A stretch of 63,714 bases of DNA, filler included, from Neoconidiobolus thromboides FSU 785 (Eukaryota > Fungi > Entomophthoromycota), in the NCBI GenBank assembly GCA_025603075.1. It is 4 parts of 4 records of this genome, joined end to end, with 100 filler letters (N's around TTAATTAATTAA, not from the genome) between each part and the next. Parts side by side here need not be neighbours in the genome. Positions count along the whole stretch, not along the records: positions 44,424 to 61,893 come from MU626579.1; positions 61,994 to 63,714 come from MU626923.1; 2 more parts are not named here. One strand, given 5' to 3'. The notes under the pieces are model-generated. The model was not told the DNA's origin. It was given only the letters and a program-made list of their open reading frames with translations, and made no database searches. The position numbers were made by a program, and so were the translations under genes. Below, one piece after another: positions 58,510 to 63,714 of the stretch. The number at the start of each line of letters is the position of its first letter. Position 1 is the first letter of the stretch.

Positions 58510-59197
58510 ATGGAAATATATTTTACATTTTAAACTATTAGATGACAGTAAGGGAAAAAACTAGTACCATTTAACTATAAGGCTCTCCTTTAAATAAACA
58601 TTTTATTTCAGAAAAATTCTTAAACCTTATATAAAATAAACTTTTTGATTTTTACTACACTGAATTATATTGGTTGTAGGCTTAGCGTTTTTAAACAATA
58701 AATTGTAAGCTTATTAGTCAGCAATGTCAATACTGGAGTAGATGAAGCTATTACTATATTAATAAGGCTAAACTTATTATGATAAAGTAGAAGACTAATA
58801 AATGCTATTATTTATTTTTCTTAAACAATACTTTTGGCTCATCTGTAACCCTTTAAAATTAAAACGATATATTAAAATCATATTTTAATACACTTATAAT
58901 AGTATCATCGAAAATAGCATAACTGGTTTTGAACCTTTATTTATATTATTATCATTCTTATATTTGGTTTTAAAAAACATAAGTCACACCATCCATTTGT
59001 TTTGTTAACCACAAAATCAAAATTAGTCAAAAATAATGATAAAGAAGGCATTGAAAACATTGGAAGATTCATCAAACCTCAACAAGGCTATAATTACTCA
59101 CACTGTTTGGTAAATCTAATTTAAAAAGCAAAAAACCTAAAATATTTTTAAAGCTAAGTCATTGATAACAAACAGGATATAGCATTTATAAGTTTAT

Positions 59198-60070
59198 TTA
59201 GTAATATATTCCATATCTATCATAAGAATAACCGCGTGGAATGCTTGAGGTATTTGGCTTAGTGTATATAACTGAAGAGGAGACAGAAGAAGTTTGAGTA
59301 GGAGTGGTCCCAGAAATTGGGGTAGAACTTGATGAAACCATTTGAGTACTAGTTTTTGAAGGCGAATCTACACTGGTAGTTGAGGTACTGGGTGGAACTG
59401 AAGAAGAGATGGAATCAGTTTGAGCTGGAGTGGTCCCAGGAATAGACGTAGGGCTTGATGGAACAATTGAAGTGCTAGTTTTACCAGGTGGGTCAACGCT
59501 GGTAGTTAAGGTACTTGGTTTAGATGAGGAAGATACTTTTGGATCGGAAGTAGACTGGACTGAGGTATTTGTCGTACTAGAAGTGTTGTTTTGCGTGGTT
59601 GTAGCTTTAGGTTCAGACGTAACTATGTGAGATGTTGATTGAAAATTTGTACTATGATTACCATTTATGGTATTATAGTTATTGTTAGCAACACTATTAT
59701 TATTATTTACAGTGTTATTATTGTTATTAATAATGCTATTATTATTATTTATAGTATTATTATTGTTGTTTATAACGTGATTATTGTTATTTATAGTATT
59801 ATTATTGTTGTTTATAACGTGATTATTGTTATTAGTAATATTGTTATTGTTATTTACAGTGTTATGGCTATTGTTTTTAGCATTACGATTGTAATCGTCT
59901 TTTCCATATTTCCCTTTTCGATCATTATATTTAGGTGTTTCTTTATGGCCACCTAAAATATTCTTTAGAATGTTAAATTCATTGAAAAGTCCAAAAGTAC
60001 GACGCTCCACTGAAGCGCCGGATATTATACTTAACAAAACTAAGGAAGTGATAGTTTGGACTGTTTTCAT
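59198..60070 (-). CDS. Secreted Asn/Ser/Thr-rich protein, paralog 2: signal peptide, VERR, amphipathic helix, 10 Asn heptads, S/T/P repeats, Tyr-rich tail
   Basis: True ATG at 60070 (MKTVQTITSLVLLSIISGA); the ORF-track start at 60094 is a TTG. Intronless. Confidence 0.88.
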   Translation of the reverse strand: MKTVQTITSLVLLSIISGASVERRTFGLFNEFNILKNILGGHKETPKYNDRKGKYGKDDYNRNAKNNSHNTVNNNNNITNNNNHVINNNNNTINNNNHVINNNNNTINNNNSIINNNNNTVNNNNSVANNNYNTINGNHSTNFQSTSHIVTSEPKATTTQNNTSSTTNTSVQSTSDPKVSSSSKPSTLTTSVDPPGKTSTSIVPSSPTSIPGTTPAQTDSISSSVPPSTSTTSVDSPSKTSTQMVSSSSTPISGTTPTQTSSVSSSVIYTKPNTSSIPRGYSYDRYGIYY

Positions 60071-60865
60071 TTTTTGATTTTCAAATTGATTCAATATTGT
60101 TTATGAGTTTATTATTTTCTCTCCAGGAGGAAATAAAATTATTATTGTTTGTTGGGTTTTTTTCTTCCATTCAGTTGTTTTATACCTTCTTATGGATATG
60201 AGTATAGTAGGTGTAATACTATTACTCCATTACTTTTCTAATTTAATCGATAAGTAGCACGTATCAATTCGTTTTCTGTGGTAACAGTTCCCCTTCTTTT
60301 TTATTTTTAACTTTATAATATATTTTTTTATAAAGTTTTATTTTTAGCTATATTTTTTTAATTTTTGTGGTTAGCTAAATAATTTACCTTACATGGTATT
60401 ACTTTTTTTATTAATTTTTACCTCATATAGCGATTTTTGTCAAGAAAAGAATTTAACAAATCTACGTACTATTTATAATACTGTAAACAACTTCATTCTA
60501 TAATTAGGTTGGCATTAATAAGGGTTTGTTTAGTTCAATTAGTGTCTCTCTAAACAGCCCTTCAAACTTTTCTAAACTCTCAGAAGTGGTAATTATTGTT
60601 TTAATTAGCAAAAATAACTAATTGTTATCGAAAATATAAACTACTGACCCTAAACTAGGTAAAGTTTTGATGATCAAAAAAGTATAAATGTATTCCATTT
60701 TTTGAATCATCAAATGATGGCAAAAAAAGAGAAAAACTAGCACTGTCTAGTTATATGCTCTCCTTCCACTATATGTACAATAACACCCTTTTTAAAATAA
60801 AATGTCTAATTAGATTTTTTTAACTTTTATCATAATGAGCTGTTATATTCTGTCATGTTTAGCAC

Positions 60866-60968
60866 TTGGGCATGTATTTTTTTATTTAAGAATTTTACTA
60901 ACAACCTTTCTGCTCAGATAGCGCTTAAAAAATACAAAAAGTGATGAAATAAAAAAAACATCCCCTTT
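60866..60968 (+). mobile_element. ~105-bp MITE family copy
   Basis: ttgggcatgtattttt...gatagcgcttaaaaaatacaaaaagtgatgaaataaaaaaaacatcccc. Confidence 0.86.
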
Positions 60969-61454
60969 AGTACATTATAACCACACTTTTCAGAGATACT
61001 AACATTCGAGTATATAAAACTATAACTGCTTTAGTTAAACTTGAACTTACTAGCTTAAAGTGAAAGACTACAAATGCTATTATTTACCTTGCTTAAACAA
61101 TATTTTGGGCTTACTTGTTATCTTAAAAAATTGAAACAACATATCAGAAACTCACTCCCAGATATATTAGTACTGTCAAAAATGATATAGCTATTTTTAA
61201 ACTTATATTATCAGTATTATTGCTATTCTTTTTAAAAAATATTAAAAATGCAACACATCGAAGTGTTCTGTTAACTATTAAATACAAAAGTTAGCTGGGA
61301 GCAAGTAAATAGGTATTAAAAAGCACTGAAGTCTTTTTAAACCTTGTTAAGGCTATATTTGTTTGTTTATTTTTAAATTTAATTTAAAAAACAAATAAAG
61401 TTTTTAAAACATGGATCATCTATAATTAATAGAATATAATAGTTACAAATTTAT

Positions 61455-61893
61455 TTAATAATATCTTCCGTAATGATATGGGCGACCACTTGGCTTAGTG
61501 TATGGAACTGAAGAAGAAATAGAAGTGGTATGAGTAGGTGTAGTTCCAGAAGTTGGAGTAGAACTTGGTGGAATTACTGGAGTACTACTTTTTCCAGGTG
61601 AATCAACACTAGTAGTTGGGGTACCTGGCTTAGTAGATGCGACTGAAGAAGAAGCAGGGCCAGTCTGGACTGGAGTAGTTACAGAACTTGGAGTGGAACT
61701 TGATGAAGTTACTGGAGTACTGCTTTTTCCAGGCGAATCAACACTAGTGGTCGGATTACTAGATGTAGTAGGAGTAGTTCCAGGAATGAGAGTAGAACTT
61801 GATGGAATAATTGAAGTACTAGATTTACCAGGGGAATCGACACTGGTAGTTGGGGTACCTGGCTTAGTAGATGCGACTGAAGAAGAAGCAGGA
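61455..61893 (-). CDS. 3' part of paralog 3 (S/T/P-rich repeats plus Tyr-rich tail); 5' end hidden in the gap
   Basis: Minus frame open from the gap: ...TTSVDSPGKSSTSIIPSSSTLIPGTTP...TTSVDSPGKSSTPV...SSSVPYTKPSGRPYHYGRYY*. Homologous to TTSVDPPGKTST...GTTP...SSSVIYTKP...YDRYGIYY* of paralog 2. Confidence 0.85.
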
Positions 61894-61993
61894 NNNNNNN
61901 NNNNNNNNNNNNNNNNNNNNNNNNNNNNNNNNNNNNNTTAATTAATTAANNNNNNNNNNNNNNNNNNNNNNNNNNNNNNNNNNNNNNNNNNNN
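61894..61993. other. Scaffold gap with artificial TTAATTAATTAA spacer
   Basis: Same N44-12mer-N44 construct. Confidence 0.97.
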
Positions 61994-62091
61994 CTAATAA
62001 CTATGGCTCATCCACTGGACTTGGTGTCATTGGTGCTGGTACTAACTTCAATGGTTATGACAATGCTACCCCATACCACTAATTTATTAAT
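61994..62091 (+). CDS. Probable C-terminal fragment of a plus-strand gene whose 5' part lies in the gap
   Basis: GC-elevated open frame from the gap edge: NNYGSSTGLGVIGAGTNFNGYDNATPIPLIY*. Confidence 0.4.
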
Positions 62092-62502
62092 AAAAGTATT
62101 TTCTAATTTAAACCATTATATTTCTTACTATTAGTTCAATTGTTTATATATTTGATTGAACAATTTAATTGAATTTTCAAAAAGAAAATCTAGGATCTAT
62201 AGCAACAAATACCAGTATTAACTTTATAAATAAATTAATTTCAAAAAATCAGCATCCATTTAAACTCTAATTTATATTATAAACTAGATTGATGATATAT
62301 CAACAAATTCAAACGTTAGTAGTAAGTTTATATAGGCACTTTTTATATAAGATCAAAAAAATTTGTATTTAAGATTATATTTTAAAAAAGTATATTATAT
62401 ATTTATTTATTGTACTTCTGCTCATAAGCTACAAAAGCAAATTCTGAGTTCAGCATAAATTAGTCTCTTGATGTCACATTTTCCAACTTTAATGTAATAA
62501 TT

Positions 62503-62603
62503 ATATGTGGATGTATTTTTAAGAATTTTACTAACAATCTTTCTGCTCAAATAGCGCTTAAAGGATAGAAAAAGTAGTGAAACCAAAAAAAACATCCCTG
62601 TAT
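62503..62603 (+). mobile_element. ~105-bp MITE family copy
   Basis: atatgtggatgtattttt-aagaatttt...caaatagcgcttaaaggatagaaaaagtagtgaaaccaaaaaaaacatccct. Confidence 0.86.
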
Positions 62604-63714
62604 TATATTTCATCTTCAAAAGTTAATATAATCCCTTACTATTATCAATATTTGGATAATTTAATATTTGTTTGTCATGATTTTAATTTCTCATTTAAAA
62701 AAATTCTAATATCTGATCTTTATTAGTATAGTAAAACTTCACTTAGTTAAAAGAACGATTTGAGTTATCATATTAGGTGCCTAGTCTTAAATGATGAAAA
62801 GTTGTATATCAAGTTCTGTTCATTAGTTTTATTTAATCATATTATATTTTAATTCATAGAAAGATTTTTATAATGTTTTTTTATCCTATCAAATAAATTA
62901 CTTGAGTTTTTGAATTATCAAAATTGCACCAGAATATTTGGGAGTGTCGGCTTCTGTTTTAATAGTTAAGTAATAAGCGTTTTTAACTTTGTATCAAATG
63001 AAAATAAAGGACAGTTAAACTAAAACTAATATTGCTATTTATTTTAAAAGGAATCATTTATGGTTTATCTTTGTCTTTCTTTGAGGTAGTAGTAAATAAT
63101 TAATTCCATCCTTAACTATAGTAATAGCATAAAGATTTTTTGAAATTTTAACATAAAAATATAGAGTATCTGAAAAATAATAAAAACACTAAGATTATAT
63201 ACTATGAGAATAATTTAATATAACATAAAGATACTAGGATTCTTAGCATATGTGAGTATAATGTTTAAATGGTTTAAAAATCTAAAATCTAAAAATTTAC
63301 GTGAATGCACCCTACCAAACTAACAATTTTAGGTTAGAAAGTTTAGCATAAAATGGCTAAAATTCTAGTGCGTGCTAGTACTAGATTAACTTCAATAGAT
63401 TAAAGCTTAGAGCTAGATTGAAATTAATCAATTAAAAATTAGGGGAAATTTTAAAACTAAGGGAAAATTGGGGGAAGGAATAGGAAAAAACCACACGACG
63501 TAAGAAATCAACATATTACACACAATATACAATTGATTAAAGTTGATTGATAATATTATAAAACAGAAAATAGACTAAATTTTAGGAATAGATACTTTAA
63601 AAAAAAGGTATATAAATGACAGAAAAAATATCAACAGTTAATATCAAAAATCAATTTTATCTATTTCTTAATTTATTAAAATTACTAATACTACTCTAAT
63701 TATCAAAATGGTTA

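Noticed and set aside
58801-58890. Short ATG-initiated frame (MLLF..LKQYF..) present in both duplicated flanks (also ~61074)
   Set aside because: The two frames differ in length (28 vs 38 aa) and show no codon-position bias; explained by the DNA duplication itself.
22525-62603. MITE family as a CRISPR array, SINE or C/D snoRNA (it contains GTGATGA)
   Set aside because: Copies are dispersed with TIRs and no repeat-spacer periodicity; no tRNA-derived A/B boxes or poly-A tail; the C-box-like word is near the 3' end with no downstream CTGA.
63365-63420. 8-bp hairpin followed by CTAG, like a Helitron 3' end
   Set aside because: The spacing to CTAG is too long, and no 5' TC end, second copy or Rep/helicase remnant is visible.

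Overview
Very AT-rich eukaryotic genomic scaffold with ~45-55-nt GT-AG introns. It looks like an early-diverging fungus (gene content and intron style fit Entomophthoromycotina such as Conidiobolus; inference only, not confirmed). Three 100-nt scaffold gaps carry an artificial TTAATTAATTAA spacer. Compact, intron-rich housekeeping genes: RPL19, TAF10, mS26/PET123-like, RPC4, SPA2-like, RPL20, mago nashi, SLS1-like, IPK1, MRPL3/mL44, RPP40, RNF10/MAG2, SSH4-like, ADE12, plus an intronless PPR-like gene and tRNA-Trp, -Phe and -Asp. These alternate with looser regions holding intronless, often secreted genes (GH18 chitinase, Egt2-like PLP lyase, kelch-TM protein, Ctr copper transporter, DM9 protein, Asn/Ser/Thr-rich secreted proteins) and pseudogenes. 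Highlights: (1) a secreted paralog family with a conserved VERR|TFGL(L/F)NEFN(V/I)LKN(V/I)LGG N-terminus followed by strict 7-residue Asn-rich repeats in the same register as the grass ice-binding beta-roll LpIBP; (2) a ~105-bp hairpin-like MITE family with 20 copies or fragments, twice arranged as larger self-complementary dimers and found next to all three tRNA genes; (3) an inverted Egt2-like gene/pseudogene pair with a sharply bounded 310-nt near-identical tract; (4) an unannotated decayed class I/II aminotransferase; (5) an isolated 102-nt foldback. All assignments come from reading and manual translation; no database searches were run.
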